This document shows positions 24,912-33,864 of a stretch of DNA of 64,000 nucleotides, in pieces; position 1 is the stretch's first letter; each line of letters starts with the position of its first letter. The notes below the pieces were generated by a model. The model was given only the letters and a program-made list of their open reading frames with translations, had not been told where the DNA came from and did not search any database. The translations under genes were made by a program, and so were the position numbers. Origin of the DNA: a plasmid; sequence record NZ_CP137560.1; one strand, written 5' to 3'.

Positions 24912-25247
24912 ATGAAATACGTAGATTTTACCAAGAAGAGAATGGAACTTCACAAGGAAATTGAGAATGCCATCAAGGACTTGATGAAAGAAAAGGAAGT
25001 GAAGGAGATAGATTTAACCACAGACGAGGATACCTATGATACTGGATGGATAGTAAGGTGCTTTTACGGTGAAAGCACAGTGGAAGAGGTTCAGGTTGCA
25101 GCTATCAAGTTAGATGGTAACACATTATTATATAAGGGGAAGAATACCTGGATAACAGATTCCGATTGGCTTCCATTTGATGTATCAGACAATGTCATTG
25201 CAGGTACAATAGATACAGTTTATGATGCGGTTTTCCAGCGTATCTAA
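24912..25247 (+). CDS. hypothetical acidic protein
   Basis: 111 aa; followed by a strong hairpin. Confidence 0.35.
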   Translation: MKYVDFTKKRMELHKEIENAIKDLMKEKEVKEIDLTTDEDTYDTGWIVRCFYGESTVEEVQVAAIKLDGNTLLYKGKNTWITDSDWLPFDVSDNVIAGTIDTVYDAVFQRI

Positions 25248-25298
25248 GAATTTGATTATGGGTGGAGGGTGGGGAAGATGGGGGTGGTTAATACGGCG

Positions 25299-25339
25299 GC
25301 GCAGGCTCATTTCTTTGGATGGAAGAAATGAGCCTGCGC
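25299..25339 (+). terminator. GC-rich hairpin (17-bp perfect stem GCGCAGGCTCATTTCTT / AAGAAATGAGCCTGCGC, loop tggatgg)
   Basis: Read from sequence directly after the 24912..25247 stop. Confidence 0.5.
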
Positions 25340-25776
25340 GCAGTTTATATCTAAGATGTATTCTTTGCTGTTGTTTTCGTGTCCTCATGGCTACCTATAG
25401 TATGATACAATCTGATATTTGATTTAATTTAGTTTACTCTGAAAAAAGTAGTACTATATCAAAAGAGTTAGTTACTTTTATAATGTAATGAACCTATGAG
25501 ACCAATGGATATAACTCTCCTATAAGGAAATATCCAAATAATTAATGGCAATGATATAGCAGTTGGTATAGAACAATATTTTATACGTATAACGGAAAAT
25601 CGCAAATGCTTTGCTTTTCGTAAATTTGCAATATCGTTTAAGAAAAGTTCAGCGTTATGATTAATTTCAAGAAGTTCAACAACATCATCTCACTTACAGC
25701 ATACTTCAAAACGCAGTTACATTCCCAAAATTAACTTTTTTGAAACTTTTTTTGTGCTACGAAAAAAGACTTCACT

Positions 25777-25795
25777 CTCCCTTTATACCTTTGCA
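25777..25795 (+). promoter_or_regulatory. Bacteroidetes -7 promoter element TAccTTTGcatcgtc upstream of the tRNA array
   Basis: Matches the TAnnTTTG -7 consensus of Bacteroidetes sigma-A promoters; the identical 15-mer recurs at 36778. Confidence 0.4.
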
Positions 25796-25807
25796 TCGTC
25801 AAAACAA

Positions 25808-25893
25808 GGAAGTATGGGTGAGCGGCTTAAACCAGCACACTGCTAACGTGCCGGACCGAAAGGTTCCGAAGGTTCGAAATCCTTCTGCTTCCG
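25808..25893 (+). tRNA. tRNA-Ser (anticodon GCT), class II with long variable arm
   Basis: Acceptor GGAAGTA/TGCTTCC, anticodon loop cTGCTaa, GGTTCGAAATCC T-arm, discriminator G. Confidence 0.75.
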
Positions 25894-25899
25894 CACTTT

Positions 25900-25974
25900 G
25901 GCTCGTTAGCTCAGTTGGATTAGAGCACGACGCTACGAACGTCGGTGTCGGGAGTTCGAGTCTCTCACGAGTCA
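25900..25974 (+). tRNA. tRNA-Arg (anticodon ACG)
   Basis: Acceptor GGCTCGT/ACGAGTC, D-arm GCTCAGTTGGATTAGAGC, anticodon stem CGACG/CGTCG with loop ctACGaa, T-arm GGGAGTTCGAGTCTCTC. Confidence 0.8.
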
Positions 25975-25981
25975 CAACATT

Positions 25982-26067
25982 GGAGGTTTGGCAGAGTTGG
26001 TCTATTGCACCGGTCTTGAAAACCGGCAGGCGGCAACGTCTCAAAGGTTCGAATCCTTTAGCCTCCG
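25982..26067 (+). tRNA. tRNA-Ser (anticodon TGA), class II
   Basis: Acceptor GGAGGTT/AGCCTCC, anticodon stem CCGGT/ACCGG with loop cTTGAaa, long variable arm, GGTTCGAATCC. Confidence 0.8.
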
Positions 26068-26074
26068 CAAACTT

Positions 26075-26138
26075 GCCCTATGGTATATGGTAGCACAACG
26101 GGTTTTGGTCCTGTTAGCGAAGGTTCGATTCCATCTGG
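26075..26138 (+). pseudogene. degenerate tRNA-Gln-like element (anticodon arm with TTG and T-arm present; acceptor and D stems do not pair)
   Basis: ACGGG-ttTTGgt-CCTGT anticodon arm and GAAGGTTCGATTCC T-arm are recognisable, but no 7-bp acceptor pairing can be formed; a tggagttt duplication precedes tRNA-His. Confidence 0.3.
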
Positions 26139-26147
26139 AGTTTATAT

Positions 26148-26221
26148 GGAGTTTGTAGCTCAGTTGGTAGAGTGCCAGATTGTGGCTCTGGTGGTCGTGG
26201 GTTCGATTCCCATCAAACTCC
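26148..26221 (+). tRNA. tRNA-His (anticodon GTG) with encoded G-1
   Basis: G-1 plus acceptor GAGTTTG/CAAACTC, anticodon stem CCAGA/TCTGG with loop ttGTGgc, T-arm GTGGGTTCGATTCCCAT, discriminator C. Confidence 0.8.
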
Positions 26222-26226
26222 CAAAT

Positions 26227-26298
26227 GCTTCAATAGCACAGTGGTAGTGCAGCTCACTTGTAATGAGCAGGTCGTAGGTCCGAATCCTACTTGAAGCT
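26227..26298 (+). tRNA. tRNA-Thr (anticodon TGT), CCA encoded (to 26301)
   Basis: Acceptor GCTTCAA/TTGAAGC, anticodon stem GCTCA/TGAGC with loop cTTGTaa, T-arm GGTCCGAATCC. Confidence 0.8.
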
Positions 26299-26407
26299 CC
26301 ATATAAGAAAGGCTTCTCTTCAGGCAGTTTTGCTTGAAAAGAAGCCTTTTAGCTTTTTTGTAAGACGATGTTTTGTTGATATTCGTTCATAATTTCCTCC
26401 TTTATCC

Positions 26408-26821
26408 TTACACGAAGTTCAGAATAGATTTGAGTCTGTCCTGTGCCTTGTTGAGCACCTGAATGGTGTCTTCGTTATTCTTATCCTTCTTGTTTTCAAG
26501 AAGAATGATAGCCTTCTTTATCAACTTGCAGTCCTCTATGGATAAAGGCATTTCAGTGATAGAATAGTCAGGATCAGCGTATCTGTAGTATATTCTATCA
26601 TAAACCTCGATAGGAGCATTGTAGCCCAGTTTGTCAGATCTCATAATCTGTATATCCATCTGAACAGTTCTGGCGCATACTCCTTTGATGATTCCCTCCA
26701 TGTCGTAGAGAGCGTCGCTACATGCCTCCACGAGATCTTCGAGAGTCCATCTTCTGTATCTGTTTCTCAAACAGTTGTCTATAGTTTTGTACCTTATTAA
26801 GGCATTCTTATTTGCTGGCAT
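26408..26821 (-). CDS. winged-HTH (HTH_11/DeoR-like) DNA-binding protein
   Basis: N-terminal IRYKTIDNCLRNRYRRWTLEDLVEACS...GVCARTVQMDIQIMRS pattern of HTH_11-type regulators; 137 aa. Confidence 0.4.
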   Translation of the reverse strand: MPANKNALIRYKTIDNCLRNRYRRWTLEDLVEACSDALYDMEGIIKGVCARTVQMDIQIMRSDKLGYNAPIEVYDRIYYRYADPDYSITEMPLSIEDCKLIKKAIILLENKKDKNNEDTIQVLNKAQDRLKSILNFV

Positions 26822-27911
26822 AGTTCTTTCATTTTAAGCGTAAAAAATGGTTGGATTTCATCCAGCTTTTTCTCGCCATGTCAGAGCAGATGCAAGCATT
26901 TGGCTAAAATGAAAAAGTTGGATTCTCCCGGCAAGGAAACTCCAACTCTTTCGTATTATCTTTGTTCTCTGTGGGGCACGCTGTTACGATACCCGATAGA
27001 AATAACTATGCGAATAATGATGTGGGAATCCTATACCGGCTGTATCTGATGTACTTGATGTATGTACATAACTATTCCGTTCAAAGCGTCGATAGCTCTG
27101 AACGAATGATTGTGATGTTATGTGCATATTTAAATTCATTTCCGTATAGGATTTTTATTGTATTTTACTTCTAAATTCTTTTAATGGGTGCAAAGATACA
27201 AAAATAGTGCGAAATCTTTTTGCGTAGCAACAAAAAAATGGTATAAACATGCGGATTTTAAGCAAAAAGAGCAGTTCTGATAGTGATAATCGGCTGATTT
27301 TCCCTGATAATGCTTCGCCCCTCGCCATGAAGGAAGCTACTGGAGTTCCACCTGATAGACTTTGCATTTATGTCAGCAGAGCATGACGTAAGTGCAAAGT
27401 CCCTCAGTCGGAAGGTGCCCACGAAACGACATCCGGTAGCTTACAAACTGAGTAGGTGGGACGCAAGCGATTCCCACTTAATCAGTTTGCCACTACTGCA
27501 TGTCCATTCGTCGAGAAGGGCACTGGCTCACAGCATCCTCCTTCATTTTCCCTCCCTTCCACCTTAATTATAATATACTGGTCTTCCTCTTTATAAGCAT
27601 TCTGTCTTTCCTTCTTACTGAAACCAAAATCTTTGATTCCGTATCGTCTTTGGGATTTCGGGATTCTTTTTCTTCAAAGTTATCGCATATTTGGCAAAAT
27701 CCTTTTGGAGTTGTTAATTAACGCAAATATGTAAAAATACTGGACTTATTTTTCTTTCTTTTCTCTTTCTTTTATTATAATTTTCTTTATCTATTTCTTT
27801 CTTTCAGAAAGTTTTTTTTTTACCGTATAGGGTAATGTTAATGGACTTTAATGGGATTTGGTGCGTAAATAGAAATGCCCTAAATTTGCTGCCAAGAAAA
27901 TTTTTGGAGTT

Positions 27912-28748
27912 ATGAAGACAAACAGAAACAGAAATGCAGAACTCATGCTTAGAATATATGAGTCTGTCATCTTTCCTGGCAAATGCCAGCACCTATCAAG
28001 AAACGAGCGAGAAGTATTTCGCTCAGTGTGGTCATACGACATCACCTATCTATATCCGTCGGTATACAAAAAGAATGATACGGATTGGATGGAGTTCGGC
28101 TTATTCGATTCCAAGAAAGTGGGACGGATGGTGCCGTTCTATAATATACAGCAAGAAAGGTTCTTGCAGCTTTCAGAAGAATGTGTTTGGATAGAGAACT
28201 TTGTGGAGTGTCCAATGGAAATTATATATCAGGATGACTTCACCTTGACATTTACCCCAGATTATCTTCTGAAGTTAGCGGACGGGAGCATCGTCATACT
28301 CATGCTGCAGTCTTACAAGTTGTTCTCCACGCAAGATGTGCAAAAGAAATGGCATAGTCTGATGGAATATTGCAAGAAACATGGCTACGGATGCGTCATG
28401 TTTGACCTAATTAAAGGCATCAGTCTCAAATGGCTTCTTGGAATCTGGCGAAACAAGGACATGAGCAGGTTTGAAAATGAGGTATTATCTATGCTGGACA
28501 GCAAGAATAGTCATTGGATGGATGGGATTACCCTATCTAAAATCATGGATAAGCATCATGCCAACTTGTTCGACTTTCAAGTACTAGTGCTTAAGAACAA
28601 TCTCTTGTTCCTCCCACAAAATGGAAAAAGAAAAGTAGATCTAATAAAGAGCCACGAACAAAACCTCTTTGATTCACAACTAATGATAGACAGTTATGCA
28701 GAAAATAATACAGCACAAAGACGAAACCATATACGAGTTAGGATGTAG
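27912..28748 (+). CDS. hypothetical protein; weak PD-(D/E)xK/TnsA-like hint (TPD...LQSYK)
   Basis: 278 aa; motif resemblance only. Confidence 0.35.
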   Translation: MKTNRNRNAELMLRIYESVIFPGKCQHLSRNEREVFRSVWSYDITYLYPSVYKKNDTDWMEFGLFDSKKVGRMVPFYNIQQERFLQLSEECVWIENFVECPMEIIYQDDFTLTFTPDYLLKLADGSIVILMLQSYKLFSTQDVQKKWHSLMEYCKKHGYGCVMFDLIKGISLKWLLGIWRNKDMSRFENEVLSMLDSKNSHWMDGITLSKIMDKHHANLFDFQVLVLKNNLLFLPQNGKRKVDLIKSHEQNLFDSQLMIDSYAENNTAQRRNHIRVRM

Positions 28749-29085
28749 TTCTGAAGACTTGGCTTTTTGGTCATCTTTTGGTTTTAAGCCATACCTATAT
28801 GACAAGTTTAAGGACAGTTATTCAATAAGGAAAGTCTGTCCCTTTAGAATTCATAGGAAGGTTAGCAGCTTATCCGTAGTCTCAAATGGCAGCAAGGAAG
28901 GTCTTGCCGATAGATGGGGAAATATCATTTTGGCCTGTAAGTACGAAAGGATAGAATTATGTATCAACGATGAAGCATCAGGTATTCATGTTTTACACTT
29001 TATGGCATATACCTCTCAAAGGGTAGAAATATTTAGATATATTGGTGGAAATCCGAAGAAAGTGCTTCAATTAGAAAAACTTTGA
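28696..29085 (+). CDS. hypothetical protein
   Basis: 129 aa; overlaps the upstream ORF by ~50 bp in another frame. Confidence 0.3.
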   Translation: MQKIIQHKDETIYELGCSSEDLAFWSSFGFKPYLYDKFKDSYSIRKVCPFRIHRKVSSLSVVSNGSKEGLADRWGNIILACKYERIELCINDEASGIHVLHFMAYTSQRVEIFRYIGGNPKKVLQLEKL

Positions 29086-29632
29086 GATGACATCTAAGTT
29101 GTCATTCTTTCTCCAGTGGGCAATCCTCACCTTTTTATGCTCTTTAAAAGCAAGTCTTTACCTCTTTAGCTTTTTACGTAGCAAAGGTAAGGCAGCTAGC
29201 TTAGATGCCAAGTACCACCGTAAGTTAGATAACAGAAATCCTGCGGCAGCCTTCCACAATCAAAGATTGGGTATTCCGCAGGATTTATGTCATCTTCCTT
29301 GGCTTTCTAAGGCATTAGCCGCCTTGTGATAGAGCACGTAAAAAGGCTATGGTGTAAACGGACATGCCGGAATATCATAAAAAAAAGTTCGGATTTACTG
29401 GAAAAAGAAGCATATAAAAAGGGCTGATGTACCAGAAATCCAGAATCTTTTTTTGAGGAGTTTGAGAGTGTGTGGATGATTGCATTCCCTTTCACTTACT
29501 TCTAAACTGAAAATGGATAGATATACGCTTTAGAGGATTATTCTTGCATATATGCAGCATATAACCTCCAAGAGTGTTAAACTGGAGCTTTAATTCTGCA
29601 GAATGAGGATACCCGGATGAAATCCATTAACT

Positions 29633-29977
29633 TTGTACAGATATTTAGAGTGGAAAAATATGAAAGCAACGGAGATTATATGGAAGGAAGAGAGCATCTT
29701 GCCACATAGTGCAAATGCCTATCCTAAGGGGAAACCCTATATGGTACAGATGGTGCAGGGCAATGTATTTCCTATTTCCAAGGCTCAAGCCATCAGTTTT
29801 GTCAAAATGGGATGCTGCTTGGGCGTATTGAACAGCGAAGATGTAAGAGTTGTTGAACTTTTGCTGAAGAGACATCAACTTGAAGTCTGTTATAGATATA
29901 CCAAAGGAAAAGACTTTGTCAAGCTCATCAACCAGCGTGATTTAGACAAGGCCCTTCAGGCTGAGTATGGGTTTTAA
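29633..29977 (+). CDS. hypothetical protein
   Basis: 114 aa ORF. Confidence 0.3.
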   Translation: MYRYLEWKNMKATEIIWKEESILPHSANAYPKGKPYMVQMVQGNVFPISKAQAISFVKMGCCLGVLNSEDVRVVELLLKRHQLEVCYRYTKGKDFVKLINQRDLDKALQAEYGF

Positions 29978-30159
29978 AGAAATGCCCTCCGAACTCATGT
30001 GAGAACAGAGGGCTGCCAAAGGAATTATATTTCCAGAAGCAATGGAATTTCCATCGCTGCTAAAATAGATGCAAAAGTACAAAAATAATTTCCTCAGCAC
30101 AAGATTTTAAGTGACATTTTAATAATTAAATAATAGAATTAGAGTATTAATAGACAAAA

Positions 30160-30720
30160 ATGAAAAAGATTATGAAGAAAACAATGGTAGCAATGATGAT
30201 GTTCATCATCTCCAGCAGTGCTTCTGCACAGAACGTGAAGGAGCCAGAGTACAATGGGCAAGTGGCAATTCTCCAAGCGGACAGTTCTTTGGTGGTGCTA
30301 CAAAAAGAAGTGGCCCAAATGAAGACCAAAACCACAGGTTTTGGATACATTCCCATACCAGGCAGCAGCTTGCTTGACAAGGGTAAGTCATTTTTGCAGG
30401 TCAAAGGCAATGCCTCACCTAATAAAGTGACCCAAGGAAAGGTAACCTTGGTCATTAGAGTCAAGGACAATAATGAAGACCCGAAGAACGCAATTGGGGT
30501 GTTTCAATTCGAGGCCAAGAAGAAGGAACGCAGATATCAACTGGCTGAAGTGGGTGTGCTATCCGGCATGAAGGCTACAACATCCTTCAACACCGTTGAC
30601 TATGAAGTCAAAAAGTGGGGAACAAGTTCTTATCTTATAGCCATCAAGCATCTGCAACCAGGAGAATATGGGGTGACTGCAGCCGATTTGGGCAATATCA
30701 CAACATTATCAGTTAAGTAA
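30160..30720 (+). CDS. secreted protein with signal peptide, unknown function
   Basis: MKKIMKKTMVAMMMFIISSSASAQ signal peptide; beta-rich. Confidence 0.5.
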   Translation: MKKIMKKTMVAMMMFIISSSASAQNVKEPEYNGQVAILQADSSLVVLQKEVAQMKTKTTGFGYIPIPGSSLLDKGKSFLQVKGNASPNKVTQGKVTLVIRVKDNNEDPKNAIGVFQFEAKKKERRYQLAEVGVLSGMKATTSFNTVDYEVKKWGTSSYLIAIKHLQPGEYGVTAADLGNITTLSVK

Positions 30721-30922
30721 AAATACCAATCATTTAAAATTCAAAAGTATGGGAGCAATATTTTTAGTTCTGTTTTTCGCATGGCTCTTCAAGGGATTTG
30801 GCAAAGCCATGAAGCATAGCGGCGATACCTTCAGACCAGACAAATAATCATAGGTAAAGTTCAACATTTATCATAACTCCAGCCCACCAAGCCATCGTGA
30901 GAAGGCAGGTGGGCATTTTCAT

Positions 30923-31468
30923 TTAGTCACACTCAAAACATATTTTTTTCTTAAGCTCATAGACTTTTTCTTCGGACAGAGGTCCACATAGCCTTTCTAA
31001 CAGTGGTACCATCTTGCTGGACTGAGGAACATATCTTTCATAAATTTCCACTGGGATAGTACATCGCTTCAAGAAGGTCATCAGCAAATCCTTCATTAGT
31101 TGTCCGTTTACAGTTGAATGATCATCATGATACAGGGGAATGGCCAATGAAGTAATTCCCTTGTCCTCATAGGTAGCCAGTAACTTATCAAAGCTTTGAC
31201 GAATGACATCCAAATCAATGAGTTCATTGGAGTTACAAAAAGGCATCGTCATAATGAGATGCTCCGTACTCCGATATATCCATAGCAACCCAGGTCTCAG
31301 AAGCTCTCGCTCGCAGAGGCTTTGATATTTCCTAACCATTTCTGGATACTTACGAATATAGCGCAAACCGGCCTCGCCCAATATAATGCCGTGGCAAGAA
31401 ACAGGGACAACAAGGGTCTGGCAATGACTGAACAGTATGTCTCCATACAGGATTTTCACATTTCCCAT
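30923..31468 (-). CDS. macro-domain-like (ADP-ribose-binding fold) protein; likely start at MGNVKILYGDIL rather than the upstream TTG
   Basis: MGNVKILYGDIL...VVPVSCHGIILGEAGLRYI...ITSLAIPLY resembles the macro-domain beta1 / G-rich loop / SIAFP order, but is divergent. Confidence 0.35.
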   Translation of the reverse strand: MGNVKILYGDILFSHCQTLVVPVSCHGIILGEAGLRYIRKYPEMVRKYQSLCERELLRPGLLWIYRSTEHLIMTMPFCNSNELIDLDVIRQSFDKLLATYEDKGITSLAIPLYHDDHSTVNGQLMKDLLMTFLKRCTIPVEIYERYVPQSSKMVPLLERLCGPLSEEKVYELKKKICFECD

Positions 31469-31475
31469 AAACACA

Positions 31476-32048
31476 CTATTTGACCAATCCCTCACACATA
31501 GCTTCCACATACAAAAGAATATCATCAAAGAGTACTTTCTCATCTGAATGAAGATCAGCTTTTTGTAACTTATCAGACAATCTTTGGAATACCTCAGGTT
31601 CATACTCAAAATGGTCTATCAGGAAATACCGAAGAAACTGCTTATCCTTGGGATGTGGCAACTGAAGGAAGCGATAGACAAAAGCCATAAGCTTTTTTTG
31701 TCGAAAGCGATCCATCGTGAAACTTCTGCCTGTATCCCAGTCGAACCATACGGTCAATAAGACAGCTTCACTCTTTAATCTGTCCAACTGGATTTGAATG
31801 ACTTCTATCTTAAATTTCTCTGCCAGTACGGATTGCAAGGCTATGACATCCTCCAATTTCACATTCGGTGAAATTGGAAACCGAATTTCTCGAAAGAGTA
31901 CCATATTGGCAAAACCGAGATTGTTATTAAACTGTCTGGCTCTTAAGAGGAGCTCGCGATGCTTATCTTCTACACTTACCCCCATCCAGAATTCATCCGA
32001 CAGAGACAAATTTTTGCTCTTTGGTTGGATATTGAAAAAATGCTTCAT
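31476..32048 (-). CDS. hypothetical protein, upstream partner of the macro-like gene
   Basis: 190 aa; 8-bp gap to the proposed macro start. Confidence 0.35.
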   Translation of the reverse strand: MKHFFNIQPKSKNLSLSDEFWMGVSVEDKHRELLLRARQFNNNLGFANMVLFREIRFPISPNVKLEDVIALQSVLAEKFKIEVIQIQLDRLKSEAVLLTVWFDWDTGRSFTMDRFRQKKLMAFVYRFLQLPHPKDKQFLRYFLIDHFEYEPEVFQRLSDKLQKADLHSDEKVLFDDILLYVEAMCEGLVK

Positions 32049-32255
32049 AATTTCTAAACTCTATAACTACTTTTTCCAAAGGTCACCATCCCTATACGTA
32101 TGCTTAATCTCGTAATAAACCGCTACCAGAATAGCTACAATGACAATGCCTAAAGCTACTATCAGTCCCATAACTCCTACAAACAAGTTGGAATTTCAGC
32201 AGAGGATAACTCCTTGACGAACTCCATAAGGTTTCTGTGTCCCTTATATAGGACA

Positions 32256-32828
32256 TCACAGTTCTTGGTTTTTTTTTTGGTTCCTTTGCTGAAGGGTCTT
32301 GGAAATCGTTTTCCCCAAATCTGTGTTTGGGAAGAATAGATAGACTTCATCAAAGTCATCGCTATCCACAACCATGTGCATGAAGTTAGAAACATGTGAC
32401 ATGATGATACAGGTTGCTGCTTGAGGTAGGCGGAAGTGATTCATACCCTTGAGTTCACAAAAGGCAAGATAATCCAAGAAATCATAAAACAAGCAGCACA
32501 CGTGTGTTACATTCTGCCTATGTGGACGAAGTGTTATGGTTGCCGTTGTCTTCAATGAAAAAGGGCGTTGCGTATATTCAGGATTGAAAACTTCATATCC
32601 TCCAATATCATTTTTCATGCCGATTCCCTGATAGCATTTATTTACACAGAGAAACTCTACCCTTGACAGGCTCAGCGGTAATCTTGAAAAGCCCATATCC
32701 TTGAGCATTTCCTTGTCTGCTTTGTTAAGCCTCACAAGTCTTATGTCATCAGTAGTGTAAATAAATGATGAAATTTTAAGGTTGTTCATTGTCATGTTTA
32801 TTTTGGTTGTTATTATTTTATATTGCAT
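32256..32828 (-). CDS. hypothetical protein, last gene of the replication module
   Basis: 190 aa per track; overlaps the primase stop by 11 bp; A10 tract near its 3' end. Confidence 0.4.
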   Translation of the reverse strand: MQYKIITTKINMTMNNLKISSFIYTTDDIRLVRLNKADKEMLKDMGFSRLPLSLSRVEFLCVNKCYQGIGMKNDIGGYEVFNPEYTQRPFSLKTTATITLRPHRQNVTHVCCLFYDFLDYLAFCELKGMNHFRLPQAATCIIMSHVSNFMHMVVDSDDFDEVYLFFPNTDLGKTISKTLQQRNQKKNQEL

Positions 32829-33864
32829 CTACCTGATGGAGCATTTCCCAGAGATTCTCAGAATTGCCTCCACCTGCAAAAAAATCACTCACGTCTTTTG
32901 ACTGTTTACTACCTGGCAACAGTAAGTCTATCTTAGCTACAGGATACTTATCCTTCAATTCACGGACTCTTGAACTTGACTCTGCTTTACCAGTAGAGTC
33001 CGTGTCGTACAGGAATATTATCTTTGAGAAACGCCTGGCAAGATCATCCATGATAGATGCATGCATCTTGGCGGTCTCACTATTCAAGCATATGGCAGGA
33101 AATCCATGGGCAGCCAAAGCTAGTACATCCTTTTCGCCGCCAGTTACGATTACATATTCACCAGAAGAGGGCAGTTGCTCCTTTCCAAAGAGATAAGGCG
33201 AAGGTAGCTTTCCTGCATATAGAAAACGGTTCTCAGATCTAGGTCTATAGACCTTGAGCCCCTGACCACCATCAAAGAAATAACCATAGCAGGGAGTCAA
33301 TGCAGTGGAATAGATTCCATATTGACCTCCAGATGGGTTAGTAAACAAACAACTCTTCAAACTTCTAACATGATATTTTTGAAGAGTATCTTCGCTTATA
33401 CCATAATGTTCCCAATAGGAAAGTCCATCCTGCGAGAAAGTTTTCTCTTCCGTCGCAAAAGTAATCAAACCGTCTTTCTTGGAAGACGGAATTATACGAA
33501 TTTCATTGCAGGTGCCCTTTATGGGAAGTCTGGAGGCATCATGCTGATCACCAAATACCCCCAGGCACATATCTTGGTCGATAGCCTTCAACAGTCGAAC
33601 AAACTCCATCTGAGGATTGATGCCAAGAACCAAACCGGCCACAGCAAAGCAATTTCCTGAGAACCTGCCATCGCCAAAATCCTGCAAATAATAATAGGGC
33701 AGACCACCCGGTTTCTGATTACAGTAGAGCTTGCATGATGGACGAATATCATCCTCACGGAAAGGACTACGAAATTTTGGCTTGAGACATTCCTTACCCA
33801 GATAATGGACAAAGATATCCAAACCACCTGAAGTCTTTCTCAAGATTATCTCTTTTTCAGTCAT
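32818..33864 (-). CDS. DNA primase (Toprim domain, DnaG-like phage/plasmid type)
   Basis: YVIVTGGEKDVLALAAHGFPAICLNSETA ... FLYDTDSTGKAESS ... KDVSDFF Toprim motifs. Confidence 0.75.
   Translation of the reverse strand: MTEKEIILRKTSGGLDIFVHYLGKECLKPKFRSPFREDDIRPSCKLYCNQKPGGLPYYYLQDFGDGRFSGNCFAVAGLVLGINPQMEFVRLLKAIDQDMCLGVFGDQHDASRLPIKGTCNEIRIIPSSKKDGLITFATEEKTFSQDGLSYWEHYGISEDTLQKYHVRSLKSCLFTNPSGGQYGIYSTALTPCYGYFFDGGQGLKVYRPRSENRFLYAGKLPSPYLFGKEQLPSSGEYVIVTGGEKDVLALAAHGFPAICLNSETAKMHASIMDDLARRFSKIIFLYDTDSTGKAESSSRVRELKDKYPVAKIDLLLPGSKQSKDVSDFFAGGGNSENLWEMLHQVDAI

Noticed and set aside
27360-27560. Possible RNase P / SRP / tmRNA / cobalamin or TPP riboswitch
   Set aside because: Looked for AGGAAAGUCCGGGCUCC (P4), ACAGAA.CCGGCUUA, the tmRNA 5' GGGG..GAUUC and SRP GGAAGCAGCC, and for the B12-box and TPP CUGAGA/ACCUGAUC cores. 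Only partial, non-contiguous resemblances were found, so it is reported only as an unassigned candidate RNA.
30749-30847. 32-codon ORF (MGAIFLVLFFAWLFKGFGKAMKHSGDTFRPDK) right after 30160..30720
   Set aside because: Plausible tiny membrane peptide, but too short to support from sequence alone; left uncalled.
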